A stretch of 64,000 nucleotides of DNA from contig CAMBTO010000001.1 in NCBI GenBank assembly GCA_945870865.1, positions 79,487-143,486 on the forward strand. The letters run 5' to 3'. The DNA is from Klebsiella pneumoniae (GTDB taxonomy: Bacteria; Pseudomonadota; Gammaproteobacteria; Eutrophobiales; Eutrophobiaceae). Positions 1 to 9,482 of the stretch are shown in pieces. Each line of letters begins with the position of its first letter. Position 1 is the first letter of the stretch. The translations under genes and the position numbers were made by a program. Under the pieces are notes generated by a model. It was given only the letters and a program-made list of their open reading frames with translations, was not told the origin of the DNA and searched no databases.

Positions 1-14
1 AGCTTGAAGGCGAA

Positions 15-1865
15 GTGGATGTGCTCATCATCGGTTGCGGCCCGGCAGGTCTGACACTCGCCGCACAACTGGCCGCCTTTCCTGATATCAGTACCGCCAT
101 CATTGAACAGAAGGACGGACCGTTAACGCTCGGACAGGCGGACGGTATCGCCTGCCGCACAATGGAGATGTTCGAGGCATTCGGTTTTGCGGATCGGATA
201 ATGAAGGAGGCCTATTGGGTCAACGAAACCGTGTTCTGGAAACCGGACCCACAACAGCGTGATCGTATCGTCCGCAGCGGACGCGTACAGGACGTGGAAG
301 ACGATTTGTCCGAGTTTCCGCATGTGATCCTCAATCAGGCCCGGGTACATGATTTTTATCTGGAGTACATGCGTAACGCACCGACGCGCATGCAACCCTA
401 TTACCAGCGCAAACTTGTCGGCCTCACTATTGATAACGACCCGTCTGTTGCCCGACCCGTCATCGTCAGACTGGAACATCTTGATCCTGCCCGTCAGGGA
501 CAATCCGAAACCCTCCGCGCGCGTTATGTGGTTGGCTGCGACGGTGCGCGAAGTGCCGTACGACAGGCTCTTGATATCCGGTTGCACGGCGACTCCGCCA
601 ACCAGGCCTGGGGGGTGATGGACGTGCTTGCCGTCACCGACTTTCCCGATGTGCGCCTGAAGGCAGCAATCCAGTCAGCCTCCGAAGGCAGCGCACTGAT
701 CATCCCGCGCGAGGGTGGTTATCTGGTGCGGATCTATATCGAGCTCGACAAACTGAATGAAAACGAACGTGTGACTGAACGCAATATAAGTATCGACAAA
801 TTGATTGCGGCAGCACAACGCATCTTTCGCCCCTACACGCTGGAGGTAAAGGAAGTCGCCTGGTGGTCCTGTTACGAAATCGGCCAGCGCCTGTGTGACA
901 AATTTGATGATGTCCCGCTGGCGGAAAGCAGCAACCGACAGCCGCGCGTCTTTATTGCCGGAGACGCCTGCCATACACACAGCCCGAAGGCGGGCCAGGG
1001 CATGAACGTGTCGATGCAGGATACATTTAACCTCGGCTGGAAACTCGCCGCCGTGTTGCGAGGGCAGGCGAAACCGTCACTGCTGTTCACTTATTCAAGC
1101 GAACGTCAGGCCATTGCTCGTGAATTGATCGAGTTTGATCGGGAGTGGGCGGCCATGTTCAGCGCACCACCGAAGGATGCAGACAACCCGGCTGCCAAAG
1201 GCGTCGATCCGGCTGAGTTTCAGCGTTACTTTGTACGTCAGGGTCGTTTTACAGCCGGGACCGCCACCCGTTACACGCAATCGATTATCCGTGGCAAGGC
1301 CACCTGGCAGCATCTCGCGACCGGATTACCCATCGGTATGCGTTTTCATTCCGCACCTGTGATCCGACTGGCCGACGCAAAACCGGTACACCTTGGGCAT
1401 ACCGTCAAGGCCGACGGTCGCTGGCGCTTGTTCCTGTTTGCCGGCAGTGAAGACACCGGCGTTATCGGGTCAGAATTACACACACTGTGCCACTATCTGG
1501 CGCGGGATCCGTCCTCGCCGATACGGCTATACACGACTGCGGGCGCCGATATCGATTCTGTAATTGATGTGCGCGCCATTTTTCAGCAGAGTCACGACCA
1601 ACTGTCAGTGGCAGACCTGCCGGGGATTTTGCTGCCAGCGAAAGGCCGTTATCACCTGCGTGATTACGAGAAGGTATTCTGTGCTGATCTGAAAAGTGGT
1701 AATGATATTTTCGAGATGCGCGGCATCAATCGACCAGCCGGTTGTGTAGTGGTGGTCAGACCCGACCAATATATCGCACACATACTCCCGCTGGATGCCG
1801 TCAGCGAACTAGGGGAATTTTTTAATGGTTTTATGCTGGTGCAGCCAACTTCATCAGCAAAGTAA
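15..1865 (+). CDS. FAD-dependent aromatic monooxygenase (phenol 2-monooxygenase family) with C-terminal thioredoxin-like domain; may be 5'-partial
   Basis: N-terminal dinucleotide-binding motif VLIIGCGPAGL, internal GD..H and DAxH FAD motifs, and a long C-terminal extension typical of PheA-type hydroxylases. The reading frame stays open back to the window edge and the ORF-track start is a GTG. Confidence 0.8.
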   Translation: MDVLIIGCGPAGLTLAAQLAAFPDISTAIIEQKDGPLTLGQADGIACRTMEMFEAFGFADRIMKEAYWVNETVFWKPDPQQRDRIVRSGRVQDVEDDLSEFPHVILNQARVHDFYLEYMRNAPTRMQPYYQRKLVGLTIDNDPSVARPVIVRLEHLDPARQGQSETLRARYVVGCDGARSAVRQALDIRLHGDSANQAWGVMDVLAVTDFPDVRLKAAIQSASEGSALIIPREGGYLVRIYIELDKLNENERVTERNISIDKLIAAAQRIFRPYTLEVKEVAWWSCYEIGQRLCDKFDDVPLAESSNRQPRVFIAGDACHTHSPKAGQGMNVSMQDTFNLGWKLAAVLRGQAKPSLLFTYSSERQAIARELIEFDREWAAMFSAPPKDADNPAAKGVDPAEFQRYFVRQGRFTAGTATRYTQSIIRGKATWQHLATGLPIGMRFHSAPVIRLADAKPVHLGHTVKADGRWRLFLFAGSEDTGVIGSELHTLCHYLARDPSSPIRLYTTAGADIDSVIDVRAIFQQSHDQLSVADLPGILLPAKGRYHLRDYEKVFCADLKSGNDIFEMRGINRPAGCVVVVRPDQYIAHILPLDAVSELGEFFNGFMLVQPTSSAK

Positions 1866-1877
1866 GTCCGGCACGAT

Positions 1878-2771
1878 TCAACTGACCAGACCCTTTTGCC
1901 TCAGCACCACCCGATTCCACCAGAGGATAAAGCCGCTGACAAAAAGGATAGTTGGTGCGAAGCTGACGATGATCCAGCCCCAGCGCACCCACGCCCCTTC
2001 ACCGATACGGGTAAAATGGACATCGCGCAAAAAGCGTAGCCAGCCGTCCGGTCGTTCATAATCATCAAGGTCAGTGTCCAGCCAGTCGACCAGCGCATTC
2101 ATATAGTCGGGAAACCCAATCTGGAAGGCGGAGATGCCCCAGGCAAACATCAAAAACAAGGACCAGAAGCCGATAAAGCTGTGCAGCTGCCAGATAAAGA
2201 TGCGCGGGCTGTGACGTTTGATCTGCAAGCCCGCCACCCAGCGTGTACGCCCCTGCCACCAGATCAGCATACCGGTCAGACTCATCAATATGAACAACAG
2301 GCCACCGACACCGTTAACCTTTTTGCCCGTACGTCCCAGCAACAACTCCTCATGTATGTCCCCCAGCCAGTCTATCGCCTGTATCGGCCAGGGATGGGCG
2401 AGACCGATATCCTCGCCGGTGTATTGATTGAAGTAATGAGGGATAAATTCACCGTCCTTGCCCAGCACGATATAAGTCGCATCATCCTGGCCGGCGGCAT
2501 TCATCGTCCAGCCCAGTTCGTAGCCGGCATACACCTCTTGCATCCTGGCGCTCAGCGCATCGCCTGTCAGTGGTGTCGCCTCGGTGGGTACCAGCTTCTT
2601 TGGTTCAAACCACTCATATACCGGCGACTCCAGCAAAAGGGCACTGCCACTCAGGCTGATGATCAGCACATAAAGACCAAAGCCAATACCCATCCATAAA
2701 TGCACCTGAAACAGCAGTTTCCTGAAACCGTGCGTTTGCGGGGCCTGTATCCAGCGTTGCCAGTTATTCAT
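1878..2771 (-). CDS. PepSY-associated TM helix protein (PiuB-like)
   Basis: 297 aa with several hydrophobic helices and the characteristic N-terminus MNNWQRWIQ...FRKLLFQVHLWMGIGFGLYVLIISLSG of PepSY_TM family proteins. Confidence 0.7.
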   Translation of the reverse strand: MNNWQRWIQAPQTHGFRKLLFQVHLWMGIGFGLYVLIISLSGSALLLESPVYEWFEPKKLVPTEATPLTGDALSARMQEVYAGYELGWTMNAAGQDDATYIVLGKDGEFIPHYFNQYTGEDIGLAHPWPIQAIDWLGDIHEELLLGRTGKKVNGVGGLLFILMSLTGMLIWWQGRTRWVAGLQIKRHSPRIFIWQLHSFIGFWSLFLMFAWGISAFQIGFPDYMNALVDWLDTDLDDYERPDGWLRFLRDVHFTRIGEGAWVRWGWIIVSFAPTILFVSGFILWWNRVVLRQKGLVS

Positions 2772-2963
2772 AAGTGTATTTGTCGTGTTTGTTATCAGTT
2801 TTTTTAGAATGACAAGATAATACGATTCAATCCCGTCCGGATCCAGTCAGTTACGAACTTGTATTAGATCAGGGTTCATTCGCCATTTTTACAGGTCTTA
2901 CCGCCAGCCCCCGTATACCAAAAGGTAGATCCCACCACCCCAGTTTAACTTGTGACTAACAGG

Positions 2964-5141
2964 TTAGATACATTTCTGGCGTGTCAGGAAATTATACAAC
3001 TCCCTCTTTTCCTGTTCATAACCGCTGATATGCTGGTACTCGTTGTACGAAGCAACGTACTCATTACAATCAAGACTATAACCCGTCTGTTCGTTTACCC
3101 TGGCCTCCTGGTAAAAACCTCTTAGCAGCAAGGCCTGCAGCATGATTGAGATCGTAAAAACTATCATGATTGACGCTGTAAACAGGCGTTGTGCAATTCC
3201 GGAGACATGCATGCCCGGCATGGACAATTTCATATACCTGAGCAACAACATGATCAGCAGCGCAACGAGCGCGATTACAATATAGTTCGTGCTGCCATTG
3301 ATCCCGTTGTAAATTACCGGAAACGCTGCAAGGGCCAACAATATCCCGATCATCTGTGTATACCTGTCCAGCTTCAACCTGCTCTGGATCAGTTGCACGC
3401 CAACAATTAGCGCCACTACACCCTGCCAGTTGCTGTCCTTGAGCAACTGCAATATACCCTTGTAATCAACTATATTCGTCTCTTCATGGCTCAGCATGAT
3501 TGCGCTGAAACCACCCAGCACCATAAACGTAACGTAGGTGAGGTTTGACACCGTTTGATGTTTGAGCAGGTCGGACTTCATAACGGCATAGGCCAGTAAT
3601 ATGGATGCCCCGGCAAACCCCCTCGCCCCATACGTACCCGTTCCCATCCACCAGATGAACCAGGAACCCTGCATCAGAACCTGCAGTGCCATGGCAGCGA
3701 GACCGGCAAAGATAACCAGAAACCTGAAGTCCCTGCGTAATTCGCGATTTGTTATCAGCGCACGTAAAAGGCCATAGACACCGAGCGCAATAGCGGGATG
3801 GTACATCAGCAGGCCATGCCATGGCGAAAACAGCACTTCAAAAAACTTTGCATTGCGCAGGGAGAACATGGAAAACTCCATGTCACCGACGTCATAAGGA
3901 CTCCTGGAAAAACTGTCGCTTACGATATGGTTGAACAACAATAAAAATGCCAGCCCGACCCCGCTGACTAAAGCCAGTATCAGGGTATGTCTTATCACAA
4001 ATACCCGGTTGTCCCTGCCAATCAACGGGGGAGTCAGATTTGATGCGACAAAAATCAGCCACAAACCCGCACACAGTACAATATTCTGGATTTTAACCAG
4101 TAACAGGAAATAGATAACCACACCGAGCAGAAAGGTGACCCGGCTTGTGCGACGGACAATACTTTTGTTGTCCCACTCCATCAGGGCCAACCCTGACAAA
4201 ACAAGAAAGACGGTCCAGCCTTCTGCCGAATATTTATTCAGGTAAAAACCGGCCGGCATAAAAAGCACAATGCCCGCCAGTACCAGAGTGGCCTTTATAT
4301 ATGACCCGGTTGTTGAACGGGCGATATAAATAATCAGCCCCAGATTGGCCAGTCCAAGCAACATGGCAACCAGTGGTGCCGGAAAGGCGCCTGCATAGGA
4401 GAAAATGACGGCCGGTATGGCAGCAAGTAACCCGGCGCCGTATGACCATTGTATTAGCGGCACACCCGTTATGCTTCTGGGAAAACCGGAAAACGTCGCC
4501 AGATCAAAAGTGGAAAAATAATGTGCCCAGGCCAGATAGGCCCCGACATCCGCAGCACCACGCGCCGTCACAATAAAACCGGCGGCCATTAATGACATGA
4601 ACAATCCTGCTGTGATTGCGGCGGGATCATAAGCCACTTTTTTGCCGGCCGCTGTTAACAAAATCATTTGAAAACAGAACGCGAATACTGCTATCAGCCA
4701 CACGTATTTGACCCAGACTGACAACGAACCGGACATTGTGACTTCATAGGCCCTGCCATTGGTACGTGGGTCAGAACAGTCTGTTGCTGAGAAATATAAG
4801 TTATCACCCCAGTGTGAGTAGTTGCCCGCGGCCTGACTGCGGATGTTTTCATGCAGGGCATGCGGCTGTCCTGCGGGCCTGCCATCTTCCAGCAACATTA
4901 ACAACGATGCTGTTGTAGCTGAAACCGAATCAGTTTCGAACCGGGTAATTGGCCAGCTATCGGGTCTTTGATCAAGTTGAATCGTGTATGCGCAGCCATT
5001 TTCATGTTTGACCGCACCACTTTTCAACAGGAAGGTTTGCTGTGTTTGTGTAAATTGTAATGCGGGGATGGTGACAATCCAGGCAAGAGTCACGATAGCT
5101 GCCAGTAATCTCCAGCCTGTCCATGAATAATCTGATGCCAA
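2964..5141 (-). CDS. large polytopic membrane protein, putative GT-C-type (polyprenyl-phosphate-sugar dependent) glycosyltransferase
   Basis: 725 aa. N-terminal TM helix, then a soluble domain of about 130 aa, then more than 10 predicted TM helices. It lies immediately downstream of, and co-oriented with, a Dpm1-like GT2 at a 57-bp gap. I recognised no catalytic motif. Confidence 0.55.
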   Translation of the reverse strand: MASDYSWTGWRLLAAIVTLAWIVTIPALQFTQTQQTFLLKSGAVKHENGCAYTIQLDQRPDSWPITRFETDSVSATTASLLMLLEDGRPAGQPHALHENIRSQAAGNYSHWGDNLYFSATDCSDPRTNGRAYEVTMSGSLSVWVKYVWLIAVFAFCFQMILLTAAGKKVAYDPAAITAGLFMSLMAAGFIVTARGAADVGAYLAWAHYFSTFDLATFSGFPRSITGVPLIQWSYGAGLLAAIPAVIFSYAGAFPAPLVAMLLGLANLGLIIYIARSTTGSYIKATLVLAGIVLFMPAGFYLNKYSAEGWTVFLVLSGLALMEWDNKSIVRRTSRVTFLLGVVIYFLLLVKIQNIVLCAGLWLIFVASNLTPPLIGRDNRVFVIRHTLILALVSGVGLAFLLLFNHIVSDSFSRSPYDVGDMEFSMFSLRNAKFFEVLFSPWHGLLMYHPAIALGVYGLLRALITNRELRRDFRFLVIFAGLAAMALQVLMQGSWFIWWMGTGTYGARGFAGASILLAYAVMKSDLLKHQTVSNLTYVTFMVLGGFSAIMLSHEETNIVDYKGILQLLKDSNWQGVVALIVGVQLIQSRLKLDRYTQMIGILLALAAFPVIYNGINGSTNYIVIALVALLIMLLLRYMKLSMPGMHVSGIAQRLFTASIMIVFTISIMLQALLLRGFYQEARVNEQTGYSLDCNEYVASYNEYQHISGYEQEKRELYNFLTRQKCI

Positions 5142-5198
5142 GACTCCCCCAGGTACATCTATATGTGTAGGTCGCAGGTGTTTTCCTGGCAGATGATT

Positions 5199-5909
5199 CT
5201 ATCTAAACAGGTTGTACTTGATAATACAAATAATCGCCCGCACACCGTCCTTCCAGCCGATCTTTTTTCCCTCGGAATAGGTGCGGCCAAAATAGGAAAT
5301 ACCCACCTCATAGATACGGCAATCCAGTTTTGAGATTTTTGCAATGATTTCAGGTTCAAACCCAAACCGGTTTTCTTCAATTTTTATACCCTGGATTATC
5401 TCCCGACGGAACGCCTTGTAGCAGCTCTCCATGTCGGTAAGATTCAGGTTGGTAAACATATTGGAGAGCAGGGTCAGAAACCCGTTGCCCACCCTGTGCC
5501 AGAAATAGACCACCCGGTGTGGCTCACTACCCATAAACCGCGAACCAATCACAACATCGGCCTTGCCACTGATAATCGGTTGCAGGATCACTGGATACTG
5601 GTTCGGGTCATATTCCAGATCGGCATCCTGGACGATAACAATGTCGCCGGTTGCCGCGGCAAACCCGGTCCGCAGGGCTGCGCCTTTACCCTGATTTATG
5701 TCGTGATACAAAACCTTGCTCACTTTCCCGGATTGCGCGATCAGGTCCCGTAACTTCTCCCTACTGCCATCATGTGAAAAATCGTCAACGATAATAATCT
5801 CCTTGTCGGGATAAGGAGAGTTGTTAACAGCGTCAACGATCTGCTCAATCGTGTTAACCTCGTTGAAACAAGGAATGATAATGCTTAAACGCATAATGCC
5901 AGGATCCAC
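5199..5909 (-). CDS. family 2 glycosyltransferase, polyprenyl-phosphate sugar synthase (Dpm1/ArnC/GtrB-like), soluble
   Basis: RLSIIIPCFNE ... DDFSHDGS ... QGKGAALRTG ... VQDADLEYDP: the GT2 DXD/ED signature of dolichyl/undecaprenyl-phosphate sugar synthases. The likely true start is the Met of MRLSIII at 5894. Confidence 0.85.
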   Translation of the reverse strand: MDPGIMRLSIIIPCFNEVNTIEQIVDAVNNSPYPDKEIIIVDDFSHDGSREKLRDLIAQSGKVSKVLYHDINQGKGAALRTGFAAATGDIVIVQDADLEYDPNQYPVILQPIISGKADVVIGSRFMGSEPHRVVYFWHRVGNGFLTLLSNMFTNLNLTDMESCYKAFRREIIQGIKIEENRFGFEPEIIAKISKLDCRIYEVGISYFGRTYSEGKKIGWKDGVRAIICIIKYNLFR

Positions 5910-6164
5910 TGTCTGGTTTAGGGGGATGGTAGGGACAAACTGTAACCTAATATTGATAGTAAGGCACTACCACCTACAAATTTGCATCACACTGAATCAA
6001 ATCGAGGGCCATGGACGGCACGATGGAACTGACCGGATCTAATCCGGGCGGGCATCCGGGAAGCTATGAGTCAAATTGAATCGGGGTGTACCCTGGGCAA
6101 GCCGTGGTATATTCTTTATTCCGCACAGTTAGTCATTGATCGTCAATTTGAGGGGGGATAAAAC

Positions 6165-6818
6165 ATGATGCGTTGCACCTGGGGTTTATTAATACTGGGT
6201 TTCTTACTGTCTACTGCCTACGCACAGGATTTTGAAGCCCTAAAACAGCAAGCCGAAAAGGGCGATGCGACCGCCCAGGTCAAACTGGGTAAAATGTTAA
6301 ACACCGGCGAAGGTGTACCCAGGAATGATGCCGAATCGCTAAAGTGGTACACACTGGCGGCGGAGCAAAACAATTCCCAGGCCCAGAATGATCTGGGAAA
6401 TATGTACCGCGAAGGCAAAGCCGTCCCTAAAAATGATGTTGAAGCGACCCGGTGGTACACGCTGTCGGCCGAACAGGGCCATCCCAGCGCGCAGAATCAC
6501 CTCGGTTACAATTACTACATCGGCGCAGGCGTCCCCAAGAATGATGCCGAGGCGGTCAAGTGGTACAAACTCGCCGTAGTACAGGACCATGCCCACTCCC
6601 AGTTTAATCTGGGTGTCATGTACGAGAAGGGTGAAGGCGTACCTGAAAATGCCGTTTCTGCTTATGTATGGTACTCGCTTGCGGCGGCGAAAGGATTCAA
6701 GCCTGCTAAAGAAAGCGTCGAGGCGATTAAAGCAAAACTGACTGAAGTGCAGATTACCGAGGCCGGGAAGCTGGCGTCGCGGTGCAAGGAGTCCGAGTAT
6801 AAGGATTGTAATTTATAA
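6165..6818 (+). CDS. Sel1-repeat (TPR-like) secreted protein
   Basis: Signal peptide MMRCTWGLLILGFLLSTAYAQD followed by five tandem Sel1-like 36-aa repeats (AxxG..KNDAEAVKWY.LAAEQG...AQ..LG.MY..G.GV). Confidence 0.85.
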   Translation: MMRCTWGLLILGFLLSTAYAQDFEALKQQAEKGDATAQVKLGKMLNTGEGVPRNDAESLKWYTLAAEQNNSQAQNDLGNMYREGKAVPKNDVEATRWYTLSAEQGHPSAQNHLGYNYYIGAGVPKNDAEAVKWYKLAVVQDHAHSQFNLGVMYEKGEGVPENAVSAYVWYSLAAAKGFKPAKESVEAIKAKLTEVQITEAGKLASRCKESEYKDCNL

Positions 6819-6898
6819 TACAGCTGCCCCGAAGCGCGACAAATACATTGATTGACCTTGATCCGCATTCGGCAACCCGTGGCTCTGCTTCGAGACAT

Positions 6899-6935
6899 TT
6901 TATGTTGCGCGATTCCACGAATCGCGCAACATAAA
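6899..6935. repeat. perfect 14-17 bp palindrome (ATGTTGCGCGATTC-cac-GAATCGCGCAACAT) in the convergent intergenic region
   Basis: Read directly from the sequence. No U-tract follows on either strand, so it is not a canonical intrinsic terminator. It could be a protein-binding palindrome or a REP-like hairpin. Confidence 0.4.
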
Positions 6936-7262
6936 CATATTTAATTGTCGCGAATCAGGATTTTGAGCTTGTCACAACGAACCAGATTGTCCAATTCACG
7001 CGCGGTCATTATCCGATCCCTAGATAAAGAGCTTGGGTTGTGAACGAATATTCACATAAAACGGATTTTTTCCTACTCGTATTGGGTATGTTCAAGTATT
7101 AACCAATCTACAGGGTGTTAGTTTGCAGCATAGTTGACCCCGGTAGTTGCAATTTACTTTGACCTTATGCATTTGCAGCATTCACGCGAAAAGCGTGAAA
7201 GAGTGGTGGCTAGTGGGTCAACTATTCAATACAAAAATCGACGGTTAGTGTGTTACCCCTGC

Positions 7263-8588
7263 TCAAGCCACCGTACGATGGCTTTTGCGTGTCGCGAAGT
7301 AGACCAACTGGATCAATACTACCACCACGCCCGCGATCTGCAATGGCCGTAAATCTCCCGACGCGCGCGAGACCAGCATCACCGCACAAATGAGCGCAGC
7401 GACAATGGGCACCGCGATGGGCAGCCGGATCGCGGCGCGAGGCTCGCCCGGACGACGCGCGAGGATCACCTGCGCGGTATTCATCAGAATGAACACACCC
7501 AGCAACAGGATCACCGTTGCCGCCGCAAGCTGGCTCACATCACCCGCGAGTATCAGCGCAGTGGCGGCGAAGAAAATCGCGACCGTCGCATAGTGGGGCG
7601 TGTTGCGCACCGGGTGAATGCTGGCGAGCAGTTTCGGCAGTAGACCCTGTCTCGCCATACCAAACACGAGGCGTGAGCCCATCACATAGTTAATAAGCGC
7701 CGTGTTGGCGACGGCAAAGATGGTGATCACCGTGTAAACCACCGGTGACAGCCAAGGGGTCGCACGCTCCATCACCGCTCCCAGCGGCGCGGATGACGTG
7801 GATAGCTCCTGCCAGGGAACCACCGAAACTGCTGTGATGGCGACGCCAAGGTATAGCGCGGTCGCGCCGAGCATGGCCGCAATCAGGCCGATCGGTACAT
7901 TGCGCTGGGGATCCCTGACTTCTTCCGACACGTTCAGGATGTCCTCGAATCCGATAAAGGCAAAAAATGTCAGCACCGCACTCTGCAGGATAAGCGCACC
8001 CGTCTCATACCATGCCTGCACCGTCGGGAATTCCAGAAGATCGGCTGAGCCCCAGAAACGTGCGCCCATGACGATCACGAATACCAGCCCGGATACCTCA
8101 ATGAAGGTGCAAAGCGCATTGAACCAGAGTGACTCTTTCAAACCCCGCCAGACCAACACACAGAGGATTGCAAGATAGACCACCGCGACTAGTGCGAGCA
8201 TTGAATCGCTCGGGGCCGGCAGACCAAAGAGCCCAAGTACGTTTGCCGCGACAATGCGCGAACCCGTGGCCATCGAGGTGAGACCCGAGGCCACCACACA
8301 TAACCCGGCGGTATAGGAGAGCACCCGCGCCCGGAACGCCCGCTCGATCACATAGGCCGTCCCACCCGCATGGGGATAACGCGCACCGAGCGCCGCATAG
8401 CTGAGCCCAGTCAGCAGGGCCGCCGCCATGGCGACGACAAAGGAGGTCCACACCGCTCCGCCCAGAAGTCCCGCTGCCCGGCCGACGAGGCCATAAATCC
8501 CCGCCCCCACCATTGAGCCGAGACCATACAAGGCGAGCATCGGTGCACCCATCTTCGGTAACAGACGTTGTTCTGCGACGGATTCCAT
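7263..8588 (-). CDS. APC-family amino acid permease
   Basis: 441 aa with 12 predicted TM helices and the N-terminus MESVAEQRLLPKMGAPMLALYGLGSMVGAGIYGLVG typical of amino-acid/polyamine/organocation transporters. Confidence 0.85.
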   Translation of the reverse strand: MESVAEQRLLPKMGAPMLALYGLGSMVGAGIYGLVGRAAGLLGGAVWTSFVVAMAAALLTGLSYAALGARYPHAGGTAYVIERAFRARVLSYTAGLCVVASGLTSMATGSRIVAANVLGLFGLPAPSDSMLALVAVVYLAILCVLVWRGLKESLWFNALCTFIEVSGLVFVIVMGARFWGSADLLEFPTVQAWYETGALILQSAVLTFFAFIGFEDILNVSEEVRDPQRNVPIGLIAAMLGATALYLGVAITAVSVVPWQELSTSSAPLGAVMERATPWLSPVVYTVITIFAVANTALINYVMGSRLVFGMARQGLLPKLLASIHPVRNTPHYATVAIFFAATALILAGDVSQLAAATVILLLGVFILMNTAQVILARRPGEPRAAIRLPIAVPIVAALICAVMLVSRASGDLRPLQIAGVVVVLIQLVYFATRKSHRTVA

Positions 8589-8840
8589 CTATGTTGTTAT
8601 GCCCTGTCTGTTGATTTGCATTTAAAACTGATCCGGCTCTGGTTGGGCAGATTATGACCTATCCGGGTTTATTCTTGCCAGGTTTTCTCTCGTTTTGATT
8701 GTGTTCGTCAGGGACAGACCACGGTTTTCACGCACCCGGTAAAGCGCCACGGACGGCGCGAGTCAGCGCACGACCACTTTTATTAATCACTTTTAATCAG
8801 GCGTGCCTGGATCGGCTAAAAGACTATCACTTCAGAAAAA

Positions 8841-8916
8841 TGGTGGGCCGTGGGCGGTTCGAACGCCCGACCACCTGATTAAAAGTCAGATGCTCTACCG
8901 GCTGAGCTAACGGCCC
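8841..8916 (-). tRNA. tRNA-Lys (anticodon UUU), CCA encoded
   Basis: The reverse complement reads GGGCCGTTAGCTCAGCCGGTAGAGCATCTGACTTTTAATCAGGTGGTCGGGCGTTCGAACCGCCCACGGCCCACCA. It has a cloverleaf with anticodon loop CTTTTAA, a T-loop GTTCGAA and a 7-bp acceptor stem, and is near-identical in architecture to E. coli tRNA-Lys. Confidence 0.9.
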
Positions 8917-9096
8917 ATACAGGATTAAATCAACCCCGGTTTGCGGAGCCGCGATGATACCGAAGTTTCCCGACAGGATAAACCGGTTCCTGCCAGATCC
9001 GGACAAATATATCGATTTTATTGCATTTAAATCTTGATTTTATCCTGTTACAACCCTATTTTCAGCGCCTCTGGATTTATTCGAGGATTGTTTACT

Positions 9097-9450
9097 GTGC
9101 CGATTTATGAATATCAATGTGAAGACTGTGGCCACAAATTTGAGGTCATCCAGAAGATTGCAGATGCACTGTTGACCGATTGTCCCTCTTGCAAGCAGCC
9201 CCGCTTGCGGAAAATGTTGACAGCGGCGGCGTTCCGGCTGAAAGGTGGCGGGTGGTACGAGACTGATTTCAAGGACAAGAAGTCGCAGAAAAACATTCAG
9301 GGCACGGATAGCAGCTCTTCAACCGCGAAAACAGAAGGCAGTGGTAGCACGGACAGCGGGTCTGCCAGTAAAGAGTCAGCACCGGCAGCCAGCCCTGTCA
9401 GCGAAACCAAATCGACCACCACCAGCACGCCCAAACCCGCCGCAGACTAG
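9097..9450 (+). CDS. FmdB-family zinc-ribbon protein with S/T/A/P-rich C-terminal tail
   Basis: GTG start giving VPIYEYQCEDCGHKFE...CPSCK, the CxxC...CxxC zinc ribbon of the FmdB family. An RBS GAGGA lies 9 nt upstream. This start is trimmed from the longer ORF-track call at 9034. Confidence 0.75.
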   Translation: MPIYEYQCEDCGHKFEVIQKIADALLTDCPSCKQPRLRKMLTAAAFRLKGGGWYETDFKDKKSQKNIQGTDSSSSTAKTEGSGSTDSGSASKESAPAASPVSETKSTTTSTPKPAAD

Positions 9451-9482
9451 GAATATCTACCGATTTGGGGCATCCTGTCCGG

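Noticed and set aside
5159-5380. 73-aa minus-strand ORF
   Set aside because: It sits out of frame in the GT2 gene's 3' end and the short spacer. A GtrA-like flippase was considered, but the sequence is not hydrophobic.
8589-8840. Possible riboswitch in the 250-nt leader of the amino-acid permease
   Set aside because: I could not recognise conserved riboswitch cores (lysine, glycine, SAM, TPP) by eye. It is noted only as a long leader under the tRNA finding.
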